Positions 18,104 through 27,717 of a stretch of DNA of 61,772 nt are shown here, piece after piece; within the stretch, counting starts at the first letter, position 1; every line of letters starts with the position of its first letter. The notes beneath the pieces are model-generated. The model was not told the origin of the DNA. It was given only the letters and a program-made list of their open reading frames with translations, and ran no database searches. This DNA is from Eggerthellales bacterium (GTDB lineage: Bacteria; Actinomycetota; Coriobacteriia; Coriobacteriales; Eggerthellaceae). The translations under genes and the position numbers were made by a program. Where the stretch lies: the NCBI GenBank assembly GCA_029101185.1, contig JAQXQN010000054.1, positions 1-61,772 on the forward strand, in the 5' to 3' direction.

Positions 18104-21100
18104 GTGAAAATTTCCGAGATGCTTCTAGACGAGTGCGATCCCCGCAGGTTTTCCCGTGGAAAAACCCTAGCACAATCACATGCCAATCTCATGAGCACAC
18201 GGGTGCGCTATGAAGGCGATTACACCCACGTCAACGGATTTGTGGTCTCAAGCAAAGGATGGAAGGATGCCTACCGGGTAACACTCGTCCTCGATGAGGG
18301 CCGCAGTATGCTTATGGACTTCGCCTGCACTTGCGCGGACTATTTCCAATCAACAACCCCTTGCAAGCACTGCATAGCCTTGGGACTTTACTACGAACAG
18401 CACCCTGAGAAGTTCATGGGGTATGTGCCTCACAGGATTCCTGCCTCAAGCCAAATAATCACCGCAATACTTGCCTCTGCTGATGTCTCCGTGGGCCAGG
18501 AATCAGAGACCATGGTCTACCTTGAGCCTGAGATTACCTATGGGTACGAAATCTGGAAAGTAAAGTTTCGTATCCATAGTCCGCGAGCCTCCTACGTGAT
18601 TAAGGATCTTGGGGAATTCGCCAAAGCTTGGGATACGGGAGCGCGACTCACATACGGGGCTAAACTGTCCTGCGTCCATGCTCCCCAATTCTTCACCGAG
18701 CAAGGTTGTCGCATGGCAGACCTGATTACCCGCATGGTCGACCAGCGGATGCCCTATTCCTTTGAGGATTATGCCTATGGGGGATACCGATACAGAGCCA
18801 TCCGAGAGCTGCAACTGTCCAATCAAGAAGTGATAGACCTCTTTGACCTGATCTTTGAATACCGCACCGTAATTGATATACGCTGCGATGACTATTCCTC
18901 CCGCGCAAAAAATCGCCTAACCTTGGTAAAGGGCAACCCTCGTCTGGTGTTTCGACTTGAAGCCTGCCCCCAGGGTGGATGTACTCTGATGTGCGACACC
19001 GATGCCATCTTTATTGACCAAGGCCCGCGCATGTATGCCATTGAGGGCAGCCAAATATACCAATGCGACCCCATCTTTACGCGTAAGGCCGCTTGGGCCT
19101 GCAAACTGTCTCACAGCGGGCTTGAAGAATTCTATATCAACGAACAAGATACGCCCCGGTTTTGCGCCGCTGTGCTGCCCATGCTTGAGGAGCACACCTC
19201 CATTCAGGTTGACCCTGCAGTTGAGGATTTCCGGCCCAAGCCCTGCCGCCTGGAGTTCTATTTCGACAAAGCCGGTAGCGCGGTGCGCCTATTTGCCCAG
19301 GCCTTTTACGGAAATCATTCAATTAATCTGTTTGATTCGGCAAAACCCGCCCAAGGCCCCACGCCCCTTCGAGACTCCCAGAAGGAGAACGCCGCTCGAA
19401 ACCTCGCCGCCCGCTATTTTCAAATCCGCCGGGTTTCCACCAACGAATCTTCCCGACTTGAAGGACAGATTCGAATTTCGGACCACGAGACCGTAGCCTC
19501 TCTGCTCTTCGAAGGCATTACCGCCTTTTCCAAACTTGGCGACGTATACACCACTCCCTCCTTTGATCGGCTGCTCAGCGACAAGAAGCCCCAGGTGGCC
19601 CTTGGCGTTTCCCTTGCAGGAAACCTTATCAACCTGGACATCCAGGCTCAGGATATTCCTCAAGATGAGCTTTCTGACCTTCTAGGCAGCTACCGGCTCA
19701 AACGCACGTACCACAGACTGAAAACCGGCGAATACCTTGATATCAGCAACCTTGATTTGAAGGAATTCGACACCCTTGTTCGGGACCTAGACATTTCTGC
19801 ATCCGATATACAGACGGGAGTTGCCCAACTTCCCGCGTATCGGGCACTCTACCTTGACAGCGTGAAGGATGCTCAATTTGACCCAGGTTTTCGCCAGTAC
19901 GTAGATAACTTCAAGGCGATAGATCCTAGGGCTTACGTGCTCCCCCCTTCCCTTTCGGGAGTGCTTCGGCCCTATCAGGTGGAGGGCTTTACCTGGCTTA
20001 ACACCATTGCGGATATGGGCTTTGGAGGCGTATTGGCAGACGAGATGGGTCTTGGCAAATCCCTGCAGGTCATCGCCTTACTGCTCTCTCGTATTGACCA
20101 GTTGCGAGAAGGCCCCAAGGGGCATCCTGCATTAGTGGTATGCCCCGCCTCACTTACGTATAACTGGCGCTCCGAAATTGAGAAGTTTGCTCCCCAGCTT
20201 CAAGCACAGGTGGTGGTCGGGTCAAAATCTCAGCGAAGCGTGCTGAGAAGCGCGCCCCATGTGGATGTGTTCATTACCTCTTATGACCTGATGCGCATTG
20301 ATGTGGAGCAATGGGCGTCCATGCCGCTGTGGTGCGTCATTCTTGATGAAGCCCAATACATAAAAAACCATGGGACGCTCACCGCCAAAGCGGCAAAGAA
20401 GCTCTGTCCAAAGCACGCATTCGCCCTTACAGGAACCCCTATGGAAAACAGACTCTCCGAAATCTGGAGCATCTTTGACTTTCTTATGCCGGGGCTGCTT
20501 GGGTCCTACGCCCGTTTCAAGGAAGAGTTTGAGTTAGACATCCTGGGTGGAGATTCAGACCGGGCCCGAAGGCTTAAGGCACTTATCGGACCGTTCATGC
20601 TCAGACGGCTAAAAAAGGATGTGCTGGTTGACCTTCCCGAGAAAATGGAATTCACCGTGGCGGTATCCATGACCGGCAAGCAGGAAGCGCTCTATGCAGC
20701 CCGGGAGCAGAACCTTCGCCAGGCTCTTACCACCCAAAAAAGCAAAGGGAAGAAAGATCCGGGAGATCTTGATCCCAACCTTACCGCTGATGCAGGCCAG
20801 TCGGCCCGCGGCGATGATGGCACGAGGGGTTTTGCAGGAAACCAGCGGATTACCGTTGAGGTACTTGCAGAGCTTACCAGGCTGCGGCAGCTTTGCTGCG
20901 ACCCTCGGCTGGTGTACGAGGATTTCCCCCACCCTGGTTCCAAGCAAGAAGCCATCATGGATCTGATATTCCAGGCCATGAACGAGGATAAAAAGGTGCT
21001 GGTGTTTTCAGCCTTCACCAGCTATCTCTCTTTGCTTGGCGGAAGGCTTGAGGAGCTTGGGGTGCCCTATTACGAAATCACCGGAGCCACCAATAAGCGA

Positions 21101-21448
21101 AGAAGGCTCGAGTTGGTTGACGCCTTTAATGCGGATTCCACCCCCGTGTTTCTCATCAGTCTGAAGGCTGGCGGCACAGGTTTAAACCTCACTGGTGCCT
21201 CCGTGGTTATCCATGCGGACCCTTGGTGGAATCTGGCATCCCAGAATCAGGCTACAGATAGGGCCCATAGAATCGGGCAGCAGCAAACGGTGAACGTGTA
21301 TAACGTGGTAGCGGCCCACAGCATCGAGGAGCGTATACTTAGGCTGCAAAAAGACAAGCACGACCTAGCAGACACGGTTATCTCGGCACAGGGATCTATG
21401 ATCTCAACCATGACCAAAGAAGATCTGGTGTGCCTCCTTGAAGGCTAA
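18104..21448 (+). CDS. SWIM zinc finger plus SNF2-family ATPase/helicase
   Basis: SWIM CTC...CKH; LADEMGLGKS, LDEAQYIKN, LTGTPMEN, LISLKAGGTGLNL, QATDRAHRIGQ. Start placed at in-frame GTG 18104 (ORF open from 17984). Confidence 0.92.
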   Translation: MKISEMLLDECDPRRFSRGKTLAQSHANLMSTRVRYEGDYTHVNGFVVSSKGWKDAYRVTLVLDEGRSMLMDFACTCADYFQSTTPCKHCIALGLYYEQHPEKFMGYVPHRIPASSQIITAILASADVSVGQESETMVYLEPEITYGYEIWKVKFRIHSPRASYVIKDLGEFAKAWDTGARLTYGAKLSCVHAPQFFTEQGCRMADLITRMVDQRMPYSFEDYAYGGYRYRAIRELQLSNQEVIDLFDLIFEYRTVIDIRCDDYSSRAKNRLTLVKGNPRLVFRLEACPQGGCTLMCDTDAIFIDQGPRMYAIEGSQIYQCDPIFTRKAAWACKLSHSGLEEFYINEQDTPRFCAAVLPMLEEHTSIQVDPAVEDFRPKPCRLEFYFDKAGSAVRLFAQAFYGNHSINLFDSAKPAQGPTPLRDSQKENAARNLAARYFQIRRVSTNESSRLEGQIRISDHETVASLLFEGITAFSKLGDVYTTPSFDRLLSDKKPQVALGVSLAGNLINLDIQAQDIPQDELSDLLGSYRLKRTYHRLKTGEYLDISNLDLKEFDTLVRDLDISASDIQTGVAQLPAYRALYLDSVKDAQFDPGFRQYVDNFKAIDPRAYVLPPSLSGVLRPYQVEGFTWLNTIADMGFGGVLADEMGLGKSLQVIALLLSRIDQLREGPKGHPALVVCPASLTYNWRSEIEKFAPQLQAQVVVGSKSQRSVLRSAPHVDVFITSYDLMRIDVEQWASMPLWCVILDEAQYIKNHGTLTAKAAKKLCPKHAFALTGTPMENRLSEIWSIFDFLMPGLLGSYARFKEEFELDILGGDSDRARRLKALIGPFMLRRLKKDVLVDLPEKMEFTVAVSMTGKQEALYAAREQNLRQALTTQKSKGKKDPGDLDPNLTADAGQSARGDDGTRGFAGNQRITVEVLAELTRLRQLCCDPRLVYEDFPHPGSKQEAIMDLIFQAMNEDKKVLVFSAFTSYLSLLGGRLEELGVPYYEITGATNKRRRLELVDAFNADSTPVFLISLKAGGTGLNLTGASVVIHADPWWNLASQNQATDRAHRIGQQQTVNVYNVVAAHSIEERILRLQKDKHDLADTVISAQGSMISTMTKEDLVCLLEG

Positions 21449-21498
21449 ACGTACCAGATACCACGAACCTGTGCACCCATCCCAAGAAAGGAAGACCC

Positions 21499-21975
21499 AT
21501 GCATCAGCACGCATATACCGCAGATCCGGAGATGGAATACCAGCAAATGCGAGCCATCCTCAACGAGTTTGACTTCGCAGGGCTTTGCCCTGGACAGAAT
21601 GCTCCCCTAGACGAATACGAGTTTGAATCCGCCCTATTATGCGCGTCGCTGAACACAGCACACGGAGTGAGTGAGGCGTTCGATACGGTGGTGCGGGTGT
21701 TTGGTTATAGCTTCAACATTTCCCCAGAGGACCCCCAACTGAAATCCTGGGCCGTCACGGTAGCAGAACGCATTGCCACCACCGTGCCCCCGAAACCGGA
21801 AATAGGCAGTTTCGGACCAGCTGCCGTTGACCGCAACCTGGCAGAAACTGGAGTCCTTGATGCCGTGGAGCAGATATCCTCTCTTGCCGCGGCACAGGGA
21901 TTGGAAGGGACGCTGCTGCCCCACGCGGTGGCGAAGGTCATGTCCGCTATGGAAGACCCACGAGCAGACCGATAA
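21499..21975 (+). CDS. Hypothetical protein, possibly with a YugE/DUF1871-like N-terminal domain
   Basis: SD AAGGAAG; ILNEFDFAGL...APLDEYEFE resembles from memory the WDPxGL...APxDEY motif; not verified. Confidence 0.65.
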   Translation: MHQHAYTADPEMEYQQMRAILNEFDFAGLCPGQNAPLDEYEFESALLCASLNTAHGVSEAFDTVVRVFGYSFNISPEDPQLKSWAVTVAERIATTVPPKPEIGSFGPAAVDRNLAETGVLDAVEQISSLAAAQGLEGTLLPHAVAKVMSAMEDPRADR

Positions 21976-24385
21976 CCCGCACCAGCGCCGCTACAAGCCA
22001 CGCGATAGCGCACTGGGCCACCACCATAGCCAACGCCCAGCCGCCGCCTAGTTCCTTTCGCACGCTGGCGATGGCAGCAATGCAGGGGGTATATAGCAGG
22101 CAAAACACGGCCAGACTCAGGCCCGCAAGGGGTGTAATAGCCCCTGCCAGCCCCGCTGCGGATCCGAAGAGCACGGACAGGGATCCGATTACCGCTTCCT
22201 TTTGCATGAATCCGGAGATAAGGGCAACCACGATACGCCAATCCCCAAATCCTAGCGGAGCAAAAAGACCCGCAAGAACTCCCGCCACGTGGGCAAGAAT
22301 ACTATCGGAAGAATCGGCAACCACGTTAAGGGCTGGGCTAAAGGTCTGCAGCACCCAGATAACCAGGGTGGCCAAAAAGATGACGGAAAATGCCCGCTTC
22401 AGAAAGTCCCAGGCCTTATCCCAAAGCAGATGCCCCACGTTCTTCATGTCGGGCAGGCGATAGTTGGGAAGTTCCATGACGAAGGGAACCGCCTCGCCCC
22501 TAAACAGGGTCCGCTTCATGACGGCGGCGCAGAGGATACCCACACTCACCCCCAGAACATAGAGAAACACCAACACCAGACCTGCGTAATCGGGAAAGAA
22601 CGCGGCGCAGAGGAAGGCGTACACGGGAAGCTTCGCCGAACAACTCATGAAGGGGGTCAAAAGCACCGTCATTCTGCGGTCCCGCTCTGAGGGTAGAGAC
22701 CGCGATGCCATGATGGCAGGAACGCTACACCCAAACCCGATAAGCATCGGCACGATAGAGCGGCCCGAAAGACCCAGTCGACGCAAGGGCTTGTCCATAA
22801 GAAACGCCACCCGGGCCATATATCCGCTATCCTCGAGGATGGACAGGAAGAAAAACAGCACCACGATAATGGGCAGGAAACTCACCACGCTTCCCACGCC
22901 AGAGAAGATGCCATCCATAACCAGGGATTGAACCACATCGTTTACCTGGCCTTCCATCATCCAGGACTCCACCACCCGGCCAAGGGCGCCAATCCCCTCT
23001 TCAAGCAGCCCCTGCAGCCAAGCACCAAACACGGAGAATGTGAGATAAAAGGTCAGAGCCATCACCGCAATGAAGGTAGGAATGCCCGTCCATTTTCCTG
23101 TGACAATCTGGTCAATCTTTTTGCTGCGAGCGTGTTCGGCGCTTTCCTGGGGCCTGACGACGGTCTCCGCGCACACGCGGTCAATGTATCCGTACCGCAT
23201 GCTCGCAAGGGCGGCCCGTCGGTCGAGACCGGATTCATGCTCCATTTGAACCACGATATGCTCGATGGTCTGAATTTCGTTTGAGTCAAGGCCCAACTGA
23301 CCACACAGCCGATCGTCCCCTTCGGCCAATTTTGAGGCGGCAAAGCGTAGCGGAATGCCCGTTGCCTGGCAGTGATCCTCAATCAGGTGCATGATGCCAT
23401 GAATGCACCGATGCACCGCGCCGTTATGGTCCCAACAGGCACACAGGTCTTGCGCCTCAGGCCGCTCTTGAAAATGGGCCACATGCAGGGCATGGGCCAT
23501 AAGCTCGTCAATTCCTTGGCCATTTAGGGCGCTGATGGGCACAACCGGAATGCCGAGCATGGATTCTAGCTGGTTGACCAGGATGGAGCCTTTGTTGCTG
23601 GACACTTCGTCCATCATGTTCAGGGCCAGCACCATAGGCACCCCAAGCTCCAACAGCTGGGTGGTTAGGTACAGATTGCGCTCCAGATTGGTGGCATCAA
23701 CAATGTTGATAATGCCCTCTGGTTTGTTGGTGATAATAAATTCCCTGGTCAGAAGCTCTTCTGCGGAATAGGGGGAAAGGGAGTAGATGCCGGGCAAGTC
23801 TGCAATTTGGGCGTGAGCGTACTGTTTGACCTGGGCGGTCACGGCTTCCATGGTAACACCGGGAAAGTTTCCCACATGCAGGTTGGAACCTGTCAGACGA
23901 TTAAAAAGCGTAGTCTTTCCGCTGTTCTGATTTCCCACCAACGCGAAAGTGAGCATCTGATCAACAGGCAGCGGGTGCTCCTGAGTTGAATCATGAAACC
24001 TGCCGGTTTCACCAAGGCCGGGATGCTCGGTCTCATGGGGATGCCCTCCAGGAAACCTGCCGTCATGGACGGGGCATCCGGTGTTCATAGTGTTGGCCGG
24101 ACAAGTTGCGGCACATTCCGGGGCCTCAAGCACCTCAACCGCGTCACAATCTGCCAACCGCAGGGTCAGCTCATACCCATGGGTGCGTACCTCAACCGGA
24201 TCTCCCATAGGCGCGTGCTTGACCATAGTAACCGCCGCCCCAGGAATGATTCCCATATCAAGCAGATGCTGCCGAAGCTTCTCCCCTCCCCCTACTTGGG
24301 AGATGACCGCAGTAGCCCCAATAGGCAGATGGCGAAGGGTCAAGATCCGCTGGGTTGCCACAGTGGCACTGCTACGGTCGGTCAC
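21947..24385 (-). CDS. feoB: Ferrous iron transporter, FeoA-FeoB fusion
   Basis: FeoA (LRQHLLDMGIIPG...APMGDPVEV...LTLR), G1 GNQNSGKT, VGNFPGVT, DLPG, NMMD, GFGCSVPA, PFMSCSAKLP, LYTPC; GTG start after AAAGGGGGA. Confidence 0.94.
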   Translation of the reverse strand: MTDRSSATVATQRILTLRHLPIGATAVISQVGGGEKLRQHLLDMGIIPGAAVTMVKHAPMGDPVEVRTHGYELTLRLADCDAVEVLEAPECAATCPANTMNTGCPVHDGRFPGGHPHETEHPGLGETGRFHDSTQEHPLPVDQMLTFALVGNQNSGKTTLFNRLTGSNLHVGNFPGVTMEAVTAQVKQYAHAQIADLPGIYSLSPYSAEELLTREFIITNKPEGIINIVDATNLERNLYLTTQLLELGVPMVLALNMMDEVSSNKGSILVNQLESMLGIPVVPISALNGQGIDELMAHALHVAHFQERPEAQDLCACWDHNGAVHRCIHGIMHLIEDHCQATGIPLRFAASKLAEGDDRLCGQLGLDSNEIQTIEHIVVQMEHESGLDRRAALASMRYGYIDRVCAETVVRPQESAEHARSKKIDQIVTGKWTGIPTFIAVMALTFYLTFSVFGAWLQGLLEEGIGALGRVVESWMMEGQVNDVVQSLVMDGIFSGVGSVVSFLPIIVVLFFFLSILEDSGYMARVAFLMDKPLRRLGLSGRSIVPMLIGFGCSVPAIMASRSLPSERDRRMTVLLTPFMSCSAKLPVYAFLCAAFFPDYAGLVLVFLYVLGVSVGILCAAVMKRTLFRGEAVPFVMELPNYRLPDMKNVGHLLWDKAWDFLKRAFSVIFLATLVIWVLQTFSPALNVVADSSDSILAHVAGVLAGLFAPLGFGDWRIVVALISGFMQKEAVIGSLSVLFGSAAGLAGAITPLAGLSLAVFCLLYTPCIAAIASVRKELGGGWALAMVVAQCAIAWLVAALVRVIGLLVGLP

Positions 24386-24435
24386 GCAAATCCCCCTTTG
24401 AACTAGAACGGGGATTCCCGTCCCAGGGCACCTAC

Positions 24436-24465
24436 AAAAAAGGACCCGCGTTTCCGCAGGTCCCT
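24436..24465 (-). terminator. Intrinsic terminator after tRNA-Pro
   Basis: Minus strand GGACCTGCG-GAAA-CGCGGGTCC-TTTTTT. Confidence 0.85.
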
Positions 24466-24474
24466 TAAGATTCA

Positions 24475-24551
<77 letters not shown>

Positions 24552-24667
24552 ATGAATACTGCGTCTCTCTGACGCGAAAATGTATATTACCCGTCTCCGC
24601 TCTCCAATGCAAGTGCCAATTTCTTCTTTTTTCAAATCTATTTACCCACAAGACGTCTCGGCTATAG

Positions 24668-24738
24668 CAGGGACACCAGCATTGCAGGGTACATGTGGGA
24701 ATACCCATTGCAGGTTACATCAGGGACACCAGCATTGC
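24668..24738. repeat. About 27-bp degenerate tandem duplication spanning the AEC transporter stop codon
   Basis: CAGGGACACCAGCATTGC at 24668 and 24721; CATTGCAGG(G/T)TACAT at 24680 and 24706. Confidence 0.8.
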
Positions 24739-25653
24739 CACAAGAGGGATAGTCACGATGGAAGCAATGGTGGAGATGAAAATCCCCTGGGTCATGACCT
24801 TTAGATTGCCCTCATAGCGCAGCGAAAGCATAAGGCCGTTAGTTGCTACCGGCATTGCCATGATCACTACCATGACCCCAAGAACAATGGAATGAGGAAC
24901 AAAGGGTCTGCACACCACAAGGAGTAGCGCAGGTACCACAAGAAGCCTGATGGCGGAAACCAAAAACGCCCTCCAATTGCTAACCATTTCGCGGGGTGCG
25001 TATTTCGCAAGGCTCGAGCCGATGAGCAGCATAGCAGCGGGGGTGGTCATATTGCCCATGGCCTTGGACGCTTCGCCAATTATTGGGACATCATGCACCC
25101 CAATTAAGGCAAGGCACATTACAAGGCCGCTGGTAATCACCGCAGGGCTTGCCAGACGATTCAAACTGCCAAGAAGCTTCTCTTGTAAGGGTCGTTGATC
25201 GCCTGACACGAAGAGCACGCCTACGGTGAACACGAAAATGTGGAAGGTGATGTTGAAAATCGCACCATAGAGCACCGCCTCAGACCCGAACACCACCTCA
25301 AGCACGGGAAAACCCATAAAGCCCACGTTGCTGAATGTAATCATGAACGAATAGGCTCCGCGTTCCGACTTTGGGGCCCTGATCAGTAGGGGCACGATGA
25401 TGGCAACAATGATGACCAGTCCATATACAACAAAGGAAAGGCCGAGAATCTCAAGGACTATGGAACGCTCAGGGGCGGCAGTAGCGCAGAGGATGGAAGA
25501 GAGAATCATGCATGGCAGGGTCACGTCAAGAACGAGTCTGGTCAAAGAGCCATCGAAGGCATCGGTCATGATGCCGATCTTTCGGGCCACAAAACCAAGC
25601 ACCACGCCAAAGGCTAGGACAATCATCTGGGAGACAACTGCGAGCACACTCAT
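24715..25653 (-). CDS. AEC (auxin efflux carrier / malate permease) family transporter
   Basis: 10-TM pattern; VTLPCMI, FSNVGFMGFPV, TPAAMLLIG, AMPVAT, STIASIVTIP. Confidence 0.9.
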   Translation of the reverse strand: MSVLAVVSQMIVLAFGVVLGFVARKIGIMTDAFDGSLTRLVLDVTLPCMILSSILCATAAPERSIVLEILGLSFVVYGLVIIVAIIVPLLIRAPKSERGAYSFMITFSNVGFMGFPVLEVVFGSEAVLYGAIFNITFHIFVFTVGVLFVSGDQRPLQEKLLGSLNRLASPAVITSGLVMCLALIGVHDVPIIGEASKAMGNMTTPAAMLLIGSSLAKYAPREMVSNWRAFLVSAIRLLVVPALLLVVCRPFVPHSIVLGVMVVIMAMPVATNGLMLSLRYEGNLKVMTQGIFISTIASIVTIPLVAMLVSLM

Positions 25654-25879
25654 GAACCGCTCCATTGAACAATAATTGGGACACGTCATTACTACGCCCG
25701 GAGTATGTGTGCTCCGGGCGTGATGTTTTGAAATGCCATGATTGTAGTCGGGGAGTGTGGAGCCTATAGGGACTGGACGCATCGACATGCAATTACCATG
25801 CCTCAGGGGATTGAGCCAGACGCAATCGGGTACTATGGTGGGCACACAGAAAGTTCCAGTCACTGGAGAAGGAGACGCA

Positions 25880-26557
25880 ATGCAAGACTACAAGGAGGAA
25901 TTCATTGAATTCATGGTCGAGAGCAACGTGCTCAAGTTTGGCAGCTTCACCCTCAAGAGCGGCAGGCAGTCCCCCTTCTTCATGAATGCAGGGGCCTATG
26001 TGACCGGCTCTCAGCTCAAGCGTCTGGGAGAGTACTACGCCCGAGCCATTCATGACAATTTTGGCGATGATTTTGACGTGGTGTTTGGTCCTGCGTACAA
26101 GGGTATCCCGTTAAGCGTAGTAACCGCTATGGCCTATGCGGAGCTCTACGGCAAGGAGATCAAATACTGCTCTAACCGCAAGGAGGCCAAGGACCATGGT
26201 GAGGGGGGCAATCTGCTTGGTTACACCCTCAACGACGGCGATCGGGTGATCATCGTGGAGGATGTGACCACTTCAGGCAAGAGCATCGAAGAGACCTTCC
26301 CTATCATTACCGGTGCTGCGGACATCCAGGTTAAGGGATTGATGGTAAGCCTCAACCGCATGGAAGTGGGCAAGGGTGGCCAGAAATGCGCTCTAGATGA
26401 GGTTGCGGAGCTCTACGGATTCCCCACGGCCGCCATTGTCACCATGGCCGAGGTTACCGAGTACCTCCACAACCGTCCCTGCCAGGGTCGGGTGGTGATT
26501 GATGATGCCATTAAGGCGGACATTGACGCCTACTATCAGACCTACGGGGCAAAATAG
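25880..26557 (+). CDS. pyrE: Orotate phosphoribosyltransferase
   Basis: FTLKSGRQSPFF, FGPAYKGIP, NRKEAKDHGEGG, IVEDVTTSG; SD AAGGAG. Confidence 0.97.
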   Translation: MQDYKEEFIEFMVESNVLKFGSFTLKSGRQSPFFMNAGAYVTGSQLKRLGEYYARAIHDNFGDDFDVVFGPAYKGIPLSVVTAMAYAELYGKEIKYCSNRKEAKDHGEGGNLLGYTLNDGDRVIIVEDVTTSGKSIEETFPIITGAADIQVKGLMVSLNRMEVGKGGQKCALDEVAELYGFPTAAIVTMAEVTEYLHNRPCQGRVVIDDAIKADIDAYYQTYGAK

Positions 26558-26618
26558 GATACAGCCCTAGGGACCAATGCGTTGAAATGTTCCTAGGTTA
26601 GAGAAGCTTCACAGAGAG

Positions 26619-26654
26619 ACGGCCGCACCCTCGTGAGAGTGCGGCCGTTTGTTT
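26619..26654 (+). terminator. Intrinsic terminator between convergent pyrE and gpsA
   Basis: ACGGCCGCAC...GTGCGGCCGT-TTGTTT. Confidence 0.8.
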
Positions 26655-26703
26655 ATATCGGGATTGAGAAAAGATACACAATCAAGTTTTGCACAACCCT
26701 GGC

Positions 26704-27699
26704 TTAGTAAAACTCAGGCTTTAATGACCGACTCATAAGGGAGGACACCGTTTCTTGAATGCCCTTCCCTTCCCAGACAATGCCTCTGACCACATCGCAG
26801 ATGGGAAGTTCCACATCAAGACGCTTGGCGAGGGCACCAATGGTCTTGCAGGCAAGGGCGCCTTCCACCACCATGTGGGTCTGTGCCTTATATTCCTCAA
26901 GGGTCATGCCTTGGGCCATCTTGTAGCCAAAGGTGCGATTGCGAGAGTGCTCGGACATGCAGGTTGCAAGCAAATCGCCCATACCCGCAAGGCCCATACA
27001 AGTCACTGACTCGCCACCGCAGGCAATGACCAGCCTGCTCATTTCGGCTAGCCCCCGGGTCATCAGCAGCGCGGCCGTATTGTCTCCCAGGCCATACCCG
27101 TAGGAGGCACCCGTGGCAATTGCCACCACATTCTTGAAGGCAGCGCACACCTCCGCCCCAATGACATCTCGGGAAATATAGGTCCGAAATGTTGGACACC
27201 CGAAAACTTCTTGAAACAGGGCGGCGGTTGACTCCTGGGAGGATGCCACTAGAGTTCCCGCAGGGCGGCCAAGGATGACCTCTTCGGCATGGTTAGGACC
27301 GGTAAGCACCGCAAGCCTGTAGGCGCCGCCAAGCTCCTGCTCAAAAATATCCACAGGCAGCAGGCCAGTTTCCATCTCAACGCCCTTTGAGCAGATGACG
27401 ATGGGGGTCTCAGGGCCCACTAACCCACAGAGTTCACGGGCAACATCCCGAAGCACGCTTGAAGGGGTGACCACGCACACCGCATCTGCATCCGTGACAA
27501 CCTGAGCATAGGTGGGATAGGCCACCACCTTTTCATCAAGGACGGAATCGGACAAATATCGGCAGTTCACGTGGGAGGTGTTGATAGAATCGCAGACCTC
27601 CTGCTTTCTGGCCCAGATACGCACCTGGTGTCCATTGCGGGCAGCCAGGTCCGCAAGGGCAGTACCCCAAGAGCCGGCTCCAATTACGGCAAGTTCCAT
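26704..27699 (-). CDS. gpsA: NAD(P)H-dependent glycerol-3-phosphate dehydrogenase
   Basis: GAGSWGTALA, SKGVE, GPNHAEE, KNVVAIA, GDLLATC...SRNR. Confidence 0.96.
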   Translation of the reverse strand: MELAVIGAGSWGTALADLAARNGHQVRIWARKQEVCDSINTSHVNCRYLSDSVLDEKVVAYPTYAQVVTDADAVCVVTPSSVLRDVARELCGLVGPETPIVICSKGVEMETGLLPVDIFEQELGGAYRLAVLTGPNHAEEVILGRPAGTLVASSQESTAALFQEVFGCPTFRTYISRDVIGAEVCAAFKNVVAIATGASYGYGLGDNTAALLMTRGLAEMSRLVIACGGESVTCMGLAGMGDLLATCMSEHSRNRTFGYKMAQGMTLEEYKAQTHMVVEGALACKTIGALAKRLDVELPICDVVRGIVWEGKGIQETVSSLMSRSLKPEFY

Positions 27700-27717
27700 G
27701 ACTCTCAAACCACCTGA

